Shown here in pieces: positions 1 to 9,000 of a stretch of DNA of 64,000 nucleotides. How positions within the stretch are numbered: the first letter of the stretch is position 1; every line of letters starts with the position of its first letter. Below the pieces are notes generated by a model that worked only from the letters and a program-made list of their open reading frames with translations, did no database searches and had not been told where the DNA came from. The translations under genes were made by a program, and so were the position numbers. The stretch comes from Verrucomicrobia bacterium UBA6614. GTDB lineage: Bacteria > Verrucomicrobiota > Verrucomicrobiia > Limisphaerales > UBA1100. The DNA lies in assembly GCA_002433235.1 (NCBI GenBank), contig DJHS01000054.1:17918-81917 (forward strand), given 5' to 3'.

Positions 1-32
1 GGCGGGCGGAAGAGGCGAAGGAGTTTGGCGAC

Positions 33-341
33 ATGACTCTGGACTACATGCGCGAGGTAGCGCGGGTGTTTGGGGATGAAATGGAACGGCGCGAGGCGGT
101 GGCGATGGAAGCGGAAATGGCATCTTCGCCGGAGCATGCGGCGGTAATGAAATGGCGCAAGCGATCCATCGCGGCGGGGATTGGCGTGCTCTTGTGGCTG
201 GGCATCCGGCTTTATCCTTGGGTGCGGCAGTGGCAGCCCCAGCGGGGCCGTCGCCGAAATGAGCTGGTGGAAGATTCCACGGAAGACCGATTGGAGCGGG
301 AGCCGGAGTTGGTTACCTCTGGCGAAGAAGGCTCGACATAA
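33..341 (+). CDS. hypothetical small membrane protein (start may lie upstream of the window)
   Basis: ORF track gives 102 aa. The same frame stays open back to nt 3. It has one hydrophobic helix (IAAGIGVLLWLGIRLY) and then an Arg/Glu-rich tail. I recognise no family. Confidence 0.35.
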   Translation: MTLDYMREVARVFGDEMERREAVAMEAEMASSPEHAAVMKWRKRSIAAGIGVLLWLGIRLYPWVRQWQPQRGRRRNELVEDSTEDRLEREPELVTSGEEGST

Positions 342-370
342 TCCCGAGATTCCGCTTCAACGACCTTCAC

Positions 371-397
371 CCGCCGCTCCTCACGGGCGGCTTTTTT
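371..397 (+). terminator. putative intrinsic terminator
   Basis: GC stem CCGCC (371-375) / GGCGG (386-390) followed by T6 (392-397), 30 nt after the stop at 341. The stem is only 5 bp. Confidence 0.4.
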
Positions 398-410
398 ATC
401 GTCGCGACAA

Positions 411-1823
411 ATGGGCAAGGCCACAGACATTCGAGTCGTTGGGGCGCGGTTGTATTTTCTGCCGGTCCACACGCGCATGCCTTTAAAGTTTGGGGGGGAA
501 ACGGTGACCTTTGTCACCTGCGCCCGGGCCTGCCTGACGGTGCGGGGCAAGGATGGCCGTACGGCGGTGGGTTGGGGGGAAACGCCCCTTAGCGTGACGT
601 GGGTATGGCCGAGCACGCTGGGTTATGAGGAGCGCCATCAGGCGATGCGTGCCCTTTGCAAGAAGCTGGCCCAGGCTTGGGCGGACTGGGATTGCTGGGG
701 GCAAGCAATGGAGGTGGGGCAGGATTTTATTGATGAGGCGCTGCCCGGTCTTTTGGCGGAATTAAATGAAGGGCGCCCGGAGCCGATGCCTTGGCTGGGT
801 GCCTTGGTGTGTTGCTCGGTTTTTGACCAGGCACTTCACGACGCATTTGGAAAAATCCACGGGAAAGATGTGTACGGGATGTATGATGCGGAACACATGA
901 GCCGGTCGCTGGAGGATTTTCTGGAAGCGGAAGGGGCCGTTTCGTTCAAGGGACTGCATCCGGCGGATTTCATGGTGGCATCACCACCAGCCCGGCTTCG
1001 GGCATGGCACTTGGTGGGAGGAGTGGATCCACTGAGCAAGGAAGACCTGACAGGGAGTGAACCGGAGGACGGATATCCGATCTTGTTGGCCGACTGGATT
1101 CAGGAGGACGGCTTGAAATGTTTAAAGATAAAGCTGCGTGGAAACGACGCGGCCTGGGACTATGAGCGGGTGACGAGGGTGGGGGAGATCGCGGTGGCAC
1201 ATGGAGTGGACTGGTTGACAACCGATTTCAACTGCACGGTGACCGAACCGGCCTACGTGAACGAAATCTTGGATCGGCTTTGCGTGGAGCATCCGCGTAT
1301 TTATGGAATGCTGTTATACGTGGAGCAGCCTTTTCCATATGAGCTGGAAAAGGAACGGATCGATACCCACAGTTGCAGCGCGCGCAAGCCGCTGTTTCTG
1401 GATGAAAGTGCGCATGACTGGAAGCATGTGCGGCTGGGGCGGCAGTTGGGCTGGACGGGGGTGGCCTTGAAAACCTGCAAGACACAGACGGGCGCGTTGC
1501 TGAGTGCCTGTTGGGCCAAGGCTCACGGGATGACGTTGATGGTGCAGGACTTGACCAATCCCATGCTGGCGCAGGTGCCTCATGTTCGATTGGCGGCGCA
1601 CGTGGGAACGATCATGGGGGTGGAGACTAATGCGATGCAGTTTTACCCGGAGGCATCGACGGCGGAGGCCGCGGTCTTGCCGGGCATTTATCGACGCCGC
1701 AATGGGTGTGTGGATGTTGGGGAGTTGGCGGGAGCGGGCTTTGGTTATGGCGCCGCGGTTGAGGGCAGGGAATTGCCGGAGGTGGCTTTGGCGTGTGGAG
1801 AGCAGGGGGATTCCGGCTTGTGA
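411..1823 (+). CDS. enolase-superfamily enzyme (mandelate racemase / muconate lactonizing enzyme-like)
   Basis: 470 aa with an ATG start. Spacing of metal- and base-ligand-like motifs is typical of MR/MLE barrels (KIKLRG..., DFNCT, VEQPFP, LDESAHD, KTCKTQ). Confidence 0.75.
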   Translation: MGKATDIRVVGARLYFLPVHTRMPLKFGGETVTFVTCARACLTVRGKDGRTAVGWGETPLSVTWVWPSTLGYEERHQAMRALCKKLAQAWADWDCWGQAMEVGQDFIDEALPGLLAELNEGRPEPMPWLGALVCCSVFDQALHDAFGKIHGKDVYGMYDAEHMSRSLEDFLEAEGAVSFKGLHPADFMVASPPARLRAWHLVGGVDPLSKEDLTGSEPEDGYPILLADWIQEDGLKCLKIKLRGNDAAWDYERVTRVGEIAVAHGVDWLTTDFNCTVTEPAYVNEILDRLCVEHPRIYGMLLYVEQPFPYELEKERIDTHSCSARKPLFLDESAHDWKHVRLGRQLGWTGVALKTCKTQTGALLSACWAKAHGMTLMVQDLTNPMLAQVPHVRLAAHVGTIMGVETNAMQFYPEASTAEAAVLPGIYRRRNGCVDVGELAGAGFGYGAAVEGRELPEVALACGEQGDSGL

Positions 1824-1940
1824 ATAAGTTTGGAATAGAAAAGTGCTGATGTACAATGGGTGGTGCCGACTAATGGGCGTGGACTTGTCTCGGCGGGCCG
1901 GATTTCACTTGAATTGAGGATTTCCTAAAGGCGTCAATCC
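1819..1940 (+). promoter_or_regulatory. conserved non-coding leader element, copy 1 of 2, upstream of Tol-like cassette A
   Basis: Aligns with 9503-9625. Identical blocks are TGTGAATAAGTTTGGAATAGA (21 nt), AGTGCTGATG (10 nt) and GTGCCGACTAATGGG (15 nt), with further similarity through AGGCGTC. It overlaps the stop codon of the upstream gene. Function unknown. Confidence 0.6.
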
Positions 1941-1986
1941 AGCCGGGGGGGAGTTGTTTCGCGGTGGATTTGAATGGGAGTTTTTT

Positions 1987-4725
1987 ATGTTGAAAGTCAT
2001 GTTTGGTGATCGATTTTGGGTTCATGCGGCCGTTGTGCTGGCTGCGGTTGGTTTTGTGTTTGGGCCGGGTCAAGCTGGGGTGCGGGCGCAGGACAGTGAG
2101 GCGGAGGCGGCTTACGAAGCGGCCGCGGGGTTGTTTAACCTGGGCCTTTGGGAACAGGCGGCGGCGGCGTACAAGGAATATTTCAAGAAACATCCGCGCC
2201 ACACGCTGGCGGGGCACGCGCATTTTGGCTTGGGCTTGTGCCATTTCAACATGAAGGACTATGCCTCGGCCGCCGCGGAATTGAAGGCGGCCACGGGCAG
2301 CAAGGGGCCGGACAAAGTGGAGGCCAACCTGTATCTGGGGCAGGCCTTGATGCTCAAGCAGCCGGCAGTGCCGAAGGATGCAGAGACGGCATTTGAGGCT
2401 TCGTTGAAGACGCTGGGGTTTGCCAAGAAAGGATTCATCGATCGCGAGTGGGACAGTGCCAGCGTGAAGAGTTGGCTGGAAGAGAAGGAGAACGAGAAGA
2501 AGAAGCCGCTGGCGGCGGATGTTTTTATTGGCCTACTGGAGTCGACTTATCTGCAGGGCGACTGGAAATCGGTGGTGCGGAAGTCCGAGGCATTTGAGGG
2601 CTTGGCAAAGGGCTCGGGCGTGGAACAACGGACACGCGTGTTGGCGGGCGAGGCGCAGGAACAGCTGGAGAATTTCGAGGCGGCGGCGGTGGCATACAAG
2701 GCAGCGTCGGAATTGAAGGGCAATGATGCGGCGGAGGCCTTGTTCCGGCTGGGGATCGTGAGACTGAACAACCTGAAGAGTTTCGAGGCGGCGGCGGAGA
2801 ATTTTAATGCTTTTGCCGACAAATACAGGTCCAACCCCAAGCGGCCGGACGCGGCTTTCAATGAGGCGTTGTGCTATTATCAGAGTTACTTTGGTGGGAA
2901 GAAGGAGCACTTGGGGAAGGCGGTGGAGACGTTCGGGGGATTTGCCCGTACGCATCCCCAGCATAAGATGGCGGACACGGCACAGTATTATGTGGGTCGT
3001 TTGGAGCACACGCGGGAAAACTGGGCGGCCACGATCAAGGCCTTGGAGCCATTGATGAAGGAAGAGGTGGATCCGGCGTTTGACCAGTTGGTGTTCCTCG
3101 TGGCCGACAGTTATCACCGGATGCGGAACTGGGGGAAATCCGCGGAGTTGTACATGAAGTTTGCGAAGGGCAATGAGGGCGCGTTGAATGCCGATGTGGC
3201 CCTGCACAACGCGGGGGTGTCCTTTTCCAACTTGAGCAAGCCAGACACGGAGATGGCAATCACGGCCTATGAGTTGCTGGATGCAAAGTGTCCGGGTAGT
3301 CCGCACCTGCCCAGCGCTCGGCTGAAGCTGGGGATCATCCATTACGAGGCTGGCCGTTTTGATGAGGCTCAAAAGCCGCTGGCGAAGATTCCCGCCAACC
3401 ATCCGTTAAAGGCTGATGGCGACTATTATCTGGCGTGGACGGAACTGGACAACAAGCGTCCGGCGGCGGCGGCGGCCCGTTTTGAGGCGCTTGGGGAACG
3501 TTTGGCCAAGGCGGGGGGAAACCATCGATTGGTTCCGTTGTGCCGGCTTTACCAAGGCATTTCTGAATTTGAGGGGCGCAAATTCACCGCTTCGGCGCAG
3601 ACCTTGGGCCAGTTTGTGACGGGATTTCCAGAGCACGAGAAGCTCGATGAGGCGGCGTTTAACATGGGGCTGGCCCAGATGCAGCTTCGCAAGTGGGACG
3701 ACGCCATCAAGAGTTTTGACATTGTCCCGAAAAACTCGGCCATCCACGATCGCGCGCTTTATCAGGCGGCATGGAGCCAGCGCGAGGCCGGCAAGCCCGC
3801 GGAGGCGATCCCCTATTACAAGGCATTTCTGGAGCAACACGCGGACAGCGGGCTGGCCAACAACGTGGCTTTGGAATTGGCGGAAGTGGAGTTTGAGGTA
3901 GGCGGCGAAAATGGCGGTGAAGACGCCGTGGCGCGCTTGACCAAGTTGTTGGCCGGAAAGCCCAACCCGGATCTGCGCCGGTTGGCCCTTTACAGGCTGG
4001 GCATTGTGCAGTTCAGCCGTAAGCAATACCCGGCCTCGGCGAAGGCGTTTGAAGGCTTGCTGGAGGATCCTGCCGCGGCCTTGGTGGTTTCCACCGCGTG
4101 GCAGGCAGGGGAGGCGCGCCGAAACATGGCGCTTACCGCGAGCGGAGATGCGGGCAAGGCCGCGGAGTACAAGGCCGCGTTGGCCAATTATCAGGCTGCG
4201 TTGGCGGCCAAGGCACCGCCGAATGACGTGGGCCAGCTTCGGCTCCAGCAGCAGGCATTGTTGCGCGTGGGCCAGATGTTTGGCGCGCTGGAGGATTGGA
4301 AAAACTCGAATGCCTCCTTCCAGTCATTCATCAAGGATAATCCGCAACATGAGCTCGTTCGCACCGCCTACCTTGGCATGGGCTGGTCCATGCAGAACGA
4401 GGAGAATTATCAGGAGGCCATCGCGGCTTATGAGAAGACTGTGTCCGAGGGGGTGAGGGATGACACCGGTGCCCGCGCACAGTTTCTACTCGGCGAATGC
4501 TACTTCGAGAAAAAGGAATTTGAGAAGGCGATCATTGAGTTTGCGAAGGTGGAAGCGCTGTATGCCTTCCCGGACTGGCAGTCCAAGGCGGCCTATGAGA
4601 TGGCGCAGGCACTGCTGCGGCAGGACAAAAAAGACAGGGCGCGCGAACAGTTCGAGCGCCTGATCAAGCGGTATCCAGATACCAACGCCGCCAACGCCGC
4701 CGCCGAGGAGTTAAAAAACCTCTAG
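1987..4725 (+). CDS. giant periplasmic TPR-repeat protein (YbgF/CpoB- or BamD-like repeats), cassette A
   Basis: ORF 1954..4725. I prefer the ATG at 1987 (MLKVMFGDRFWVHAAVVLAAVGFVFG, a signal peptide). TPR-like A/Y/L periodicity runs throughout. The C-terminal ~150 aa is clearly paralogous to that of 9754..13023 (ARAQFLLGECYF / ARAQFHIGECHL, ...RYPDTNAA / ...KYPKSNAA). Confidence 0.85.
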   Translation: MLKVMFGDRFWVHAAVVLAAVGFVFGPGQAGVRAQDSEAEAAYEAAAGLFNLGLWEQAAAAYKEYFKKHPRHTLAGHAHFGLGLCHFNMKDYASAAAELKAATGSKGPDKVEANLYLGQALMLKQPAVPKDAETAFEASLKTLGFAKKGFIDREWDSASVKSWLEEKENEKKKPLAADVFIGLLESTYLQGDWKSVVRKSEAFEGLAKGSGVEQRTRVLAGEAQEQLENFEAAAVAYKAASELKGNDAAEALFRLGIVRLNNLKSFEAAAENFNAFADKYRSNPKRPDAAFNEALCYYQSYFGGKKEHLGKAVETFGGFARTHPQHKMADTAQYYVGRLEHTRENWAATIKALEPLMKEEVDPAFDQLVFLVADSYHRMRNWGKSAELYMKFAKGNEGALNADVALHNAGVSFSNLSKPDTEMAITAYELLDAKCPGSPHLPSARLKLGIIHYEAGRFDEAQKPLAKIPANHPLKADGDYYLAWTELDNKRPAAAAARFEALGERLAKAGGNHRLVPLCRLYQGISEFEGRKFTASAQTLGQFVTGFPEHEKLDEAAFNMGLAQMQLRKWDDAIKSFDIVPKNSAIHDRALYQAAWSQREAGKPAEAIPYYKAFLEQHADSGLANNVALELAEVEFEVGGENGGEDAVARLTKLLAGKPNPDLRRLALYRLGIVQFSRKQYPASAKAFEGLLEDPAAALVVSTAWQAGEARRNMALTASGDAGKAAEYKAALANYQAALAAKAPPNDVGQLRLQQQALLRVGQMFGALEDWKNSNASFQSFIKDNPQHELVRTAYLGMGWSMQNEENYQEAIAAYEKTVSEGVRDDTGARAQFLLGECYFEKKEFEKAIIEFAKVEALYAFPDWQSKAAYEMAQALLRQDKKDRAREQFERLIKRYPDTNAANAAAEELKNL

Positions 4726-4749
4726 CCAGAGCCTTTGCAAATCCCGCAC

Positions 4750-5607
4750 ATGGAAAAAATCAAATCCCACTTCCTTGTGGCCGTGCATTGCGCGGCACTT
4801 TTGTTTCTGGCGACGGACATCGTGGCCGCGCCGGCTACCAACGCTTCCCCGGCACAACCAGAGGTGGTGGAGACTGAACCCGGCGAGGAAACCCAAACCA
4901 AGACCCAGAAATCCATGTGGGATCTGGTGAGGGCCGGCGGAGCGGTGATGTGGGCGTTGGGTGCGCTGGCGCTGTACGGATTTTATACCGCGGGTTCGCT
5001 AATCTACGTCATCCTGTTTTCCAACGATGCTACCAAGGACAAGAAATTGGTGGGTGATCTTGTGGACTCCGGGGCATCTGCGCACGAAGTCTTGGAGGCT
5101 GAAATTCAGCGGCGCGACAAGGCGGCCTTTCCCCGCATTTGTGAGGCGGCACTGGAAGAGTCTGGCGGCGGCAAGCCAGCCATGGAGGATGCGCTGGTCA
5201 ACGAGGGAGCCATTCAGTTGGGTTCCTTGAAGCGAGGCTTGCGCCCGCTGCAGATCGTGGTGGCAGTGGCGCCCCTGCTGGGCTTGCTGGGCACGGTGTA
5301 TGGCATGATCTCCTCGTTCCAGAGCGTGGAAATCGCTGGCGCTGGTGGCGACAAGGTGGAGCTTCTTTCACGCGGCATCTACGAAGCATTGGTCACCACC
5401 GCCACGGGCCTGACTGTGGCGATTCCCTTCCTCCTCCTGTACCACTGGCTGGGTCGGCGGGTGGACGAAATTGGTGTTAATTTGAATCGACATTCCAAGG
5501 TATTCTTGGAAGCATTCACCTCTGGCGGCCAAAGGGGGTCCACTACAACAACCCAAGAAGCCGCCGTACCGCCGGATGCCCTGCAACCGGCACACAGCGC
5601 CGAGTGA
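4750..5607 (+). CDS. MotA/TolQ/ExbB-family proton channel, cassette A
   Basis: PLLGLLGTVYGMISSF and IYEALVTTATGLTVAIPFLLLYHWL are hallmark ExbB/TolQ TM2-TM3 motifs. N-terminal signal-like helix plus a short acidic/Pro region. The ATG at 4750 is preferred over the TTG at 4735. Confidence 0.9.
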   Translation: MEKIKSHFLVAVHCAALLFLATDIVAAPATNASPAQPEVVETEPGEETQTKTQKSMWDLVRAGGAVMWALGALALYGFYTAGSLIYVILFSNDATKDKKLVGDLVDSGASAHEVLEAEIQRRDKAAFPRICEAALEESGGGKPAMEDALVNEGAIQLGSLKRGLRPLQIVVAVAPLLGLLGTVYGMISSFQSVEIAGAGGDKVELLSRGIYEALVTTATGLTVAIPFLLLYHWLGRRVDEIGVNLNRHSKVFLEAFTSGGQRGSTTTTQEAAVPPDALQPAHSAE

Positions 5608-5608
5608 G

Positions 5609-6025
5609 ATGAAAATGATCGAAGCCCCAGCCGTGGAGGAATCGGGTCTGGACGTGGCCCCGATGATCGATATTCTCTTCACGCTCATTATCTTCTTTCT
5701 GGCGACCACCACCTTCCAAGCGCAGGAACGCGAGGAGCAAATCAAGCTGCCGCGCCATGGTGGCTCGTCCATCAGCAGCAAGGATCGCCCCTATGTGATC
5801 AACGTCACCAAGGACGGCACCTACATTGTGCGGACCGAGACGCTTACCTTGCCGGAACTCCGCGACTCGCTGGAAATGGAATTTAAGGAAAACCCCGAGC
5901 GCAAGGTTCTCATCCGAGGCGATGGCGACGCACTACACAGCCAGAGCACAGCCGCCCTGGCCGCCGCCAGTAATGCCGGCTTCAGTGAAGCCAAAATTGC
6001 GTGGGACACTAGCACTGTCAAGTAA
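5609..6025 (+). CDS. ExbD/TolR-family protein, cassette A
   Basis: APMIDILFTLIIFFL is a TM helix with the conserved Asp. Periplasmic domain motif VLIRGDGDALH. The ATG at 5609 lies 1 nt after the ExbB stop and is in frame with ORF 5576..6025. Confidence 0.9.
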   Translation: MKMIEAPAVEESGLDVAPMIDILFTLIIFFLATTTFQAQEREEQIKLPRHGGSSISSKDRPYVINVTKDGTYIVRTETLTLPELRDSLEMEFKENPERKVLIRGDGDALHSQSTAALAAASNAGFSEAKIAWDTSTVK

Positions 6026-6041
6026 GCCGCCCGTAGCGACC

Positions 6042-9000
6042 ATGAAACTCCAACTCAGAGGCATCTGGAACATCATCGAGTGGGGCTTCGAGTATCTTGC
6101 CGACCGGCTGGGTATTCGCCGGCGACACGTCGTCTTTGGGTTGGTTGTCCTGTTCATCTCTGCAATTTTCACTGGCTGGTATATCTACGAAAAGAACTGG
6201 ACCATCATTGGCACTAAACGCACCGGGGGAACCCGCAAAGTGCTGACGCTGGCACTGGATGGCGAGGCCTCCGCCGTGCAGCAGATGAGCCAAGAAATTC
6301 GGTCTTCCATCCTTGAGACACCCATGGCCGCGGCCTCGTCCCAATCCGCCGCCCAATCTAACTCCGGGGCCAGCGCCGCCGCGCGCAGTACGCCGCAAAA
6401 CACAGATGCCCAATCCGCCGCTGCAGCCGGGGCAAGTTCACCCAGCGCTCCCGCGGCGGCTGGTGCCACCAGCAACTTTACCCCTACCGTTTCCTCATCC
6501 TCCAGCGCTCGTGTGGAATCCGGCCAGGCGCGCGCTGAGAACAGCCAGCAAATGCAGCCCGCGTCCACCCAGTCCGTGGCGCAGCAGGCATCCGGTATAA
6601 ACGCCGCGCGCAGCACGCCGCAAAGCACTTCCTCCCAATCCGCTGCTGCCGCCAATGCCCCCTCGTCCAGTGCGGCCACCGCCTCGGGCGCAAGTGATTC
6701 GTTGGCGCCCACCGCCGCATCGGCACAGGCTAGGGTTGTCACCGGTCAGGCCCGAGCAGAGACCAGTCAACAAATGACCGCGCCCAGTTCGCAAAGCACT
6801 GCCCAGTCCGCAATCGGCAGCAATGCCGCCAGAAGTACCCCGCAGGATGCCTCCGCCCAGTCTGCCTCCGCTGCTAGTAGTGCGACCCCTAATTCCTTGA
6901 GTGCCTCCGGAGCCAGTGCCTCCATTGCACCCTCGGCTTCCAGTGCCCGTGCTGTGGATTCCTCTGTGGCGGCCACGGGCGCGCGCGCGGAGACCAGCCA
7001 GAAAATGGCCTCGGCCACCTCACAATCCATCTCGCAATCCGCCACGGGATTAAACGCAGCCCGCAGCAGCCCGCAGTCGTCCGGCGCGCAGTCCGCCGCC
7101 TCTGCTTCCAGTGCGGCATCCCAGAACAATCCCACGGCGTCAGCCACGGGAGCCAGTACCGCGTTTACACCTTCCAACTCCGGCGCACGGGCTTCGACCT
7201 CTGCCGTGCAGAGCAATAGTGCCCGGGCGGATTCCAGCAGCCAATCCATGTCAGGGGCCGCTTCCCAATCCATGGCACAAGCTTCCAGTAGCGCGCAGGG
7301 CACGGCCCGCAACAGCCCGGCTGGAGGTGCCAGCCACGCGTCGGGATCGGCCAATGCGCGGAGTGCATCCACCACGGTTTCTGGGTCCGGAGCCAGCGGG
7401 GCCTTTGTGCCGTCGGCTTCCGGCATGCGAGCCTCGGCCTCGTCGGTGCAAAGCAACGGGGCACGCGCGGAGACCGGGAGAGCAATGTCCGGCGCTTCTT
7501 CGCGATCGCTGGCGCACGCGTCCACCAGCGCGGGAGGAGCGACCAGGAACAGTCCCGCGGCTACGGCCAGTCAGACGGGTGGATCGGCGGCAGCCCGAAA
7601 CGCCACCACCGCTGTTTCTGGCTCTGGCGCCGGTGCCACGTTTTCGCCATCGGCTTCCGGTGCACGTGCCTCGGTGTCTGCGGTTCGCAGCAATGGAGCA
7701 CGCGCCGTGGCGGGCCGATCGATGTCTGGGGCCTCCTCGCAATCCATGGCCCGTGCATCCAGCGGCTCGGGTGGAGCGGCCCGCAACAGTCCGGCGGCAT
7801 CCGCGGGAGCAGCGGGTGGCTCGGCTCAGGCAAGCAATGCGGCTGCGGCGGTTTCCGGTTCAGGGATAAGGGGCAGCTTTTCGCCGTCAGCTTCCGGCGC
7901 TCGCGCGGCAACTTCAGGGATTCACAGTGGAATGGCCCGGGCAGTTGCTGGCCGATCGATGTCTGGGGTCTCCTCGCAATCCATGGCACAGGCCTCGACC
8001 AATGCGCAGGGATCGGCTCGCAACAGTCCGGTGGGAGCAACGGGGCAGCCAACGGGTTCCGCCAGCGCGATCAACGTGGCGAGTTCGGTTTCCGGCGCGG
8101 GCACGAGCGCGACGTTTGCGCCCTCGGTCTCGGGCTTGCGCGCCTCGGCTTCCGGCGTGCGCACCAATCCAGCCCGCGCGGTGGCAGGCAGAACGATGGC
8201 CCGTGCGCCTTCCCAGAATTTTGCGCAGGCAACAGCCAATGCCTTGAACTCGGCCAGGGTTGGGCCCGCCGCGATGTCCTCACGGATGGCCGGTTCGGCG
8301 CGTGCCAGCAATCCCTCAACGGCAGTGGCGGGGACTGGGGCGAGTGCTTCCTTCCGGCCGTCTTTGGCGGATGGATCGGCTACTCAGGTGGCCTCGGCTA
8401 GGCCCTCGGGCGGGAGTACTCCCAAGCCCACGCCTACGCCCGGTGGATCTAGGCTGGGCGGTGATGCGGTGAACACGGATCAAGTGATGATTCAGGTGGA
8501 TACCCAGTCGCTGTCCCGGCCCGTGGAGGATTTTACCAGCGTGCGCAGCCGGCCGGTCTCGGCGTTCCGGCCACGGACCGTTTCCTCGGCGTCATCCGCG
8601 GTGGCTAGCGTTCCCGAGCAGACTAACAACACGCCCGGCACATTTACGCCGACGGCCGCCCCGGTGCGGCGTCCGGTTCCGACGTTGGTGGATGTGCGGC
8701 CGCCACCACCGCCGCCGGTGCAAGTCGCCCAGGCAAAGCCGGAGGAGATTGAGCCCGTGCGCACACGACCCGTTGCGACTCCCCCGGAATCGGTTCAGGA
8801 CAACACCACCCCGGATTCGAACGAAGGTCTGTCCGCTGTTGAAATTTTTCGTACGCAAGGTTTTAACACCAGGGCCGAGGGCAAGGGGAAGGACTTTGTG
8901 TTCATCATCGACAGGTCGAGCAGCATGTCCGAGGACGACCGGTTGAATGCGGCCAAGCAGGCTCTGACCCGGTCCTTGGAGAAGATGGGGCCGGAAGAGA

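Noticed and set aside
1830-1857. A sigma70-like promoter, TTGGAA-N16-TACAAT, inside leader copy 1
   Set aside because: It fits the consensus well, but the -10 hexamer falls in the only non-conserved part of the element (ATCCCC at the equivalent position in copy 2). It cannot explain why the element is conserved. It is kept only as a possible promoter for cassette A.
5826-6041. An ORF-track N-terminal extension of the vWA protein that overlaps exbD by 200 nt
   Set aside because: The extension is basic, low-complexity and out of character. The ATG at 6042 lies 17 nt after the exbD stop and begins right before the TM anchor.
6280-8400. Regular ~237-nt repeats considered as a CRISPR-like or satellite array
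   Set aside because: The repeats are in frame within one long ORF, have no unique spacers, and encode a coherent S/A-rich protein repeat. This is a coding tandem repeat.
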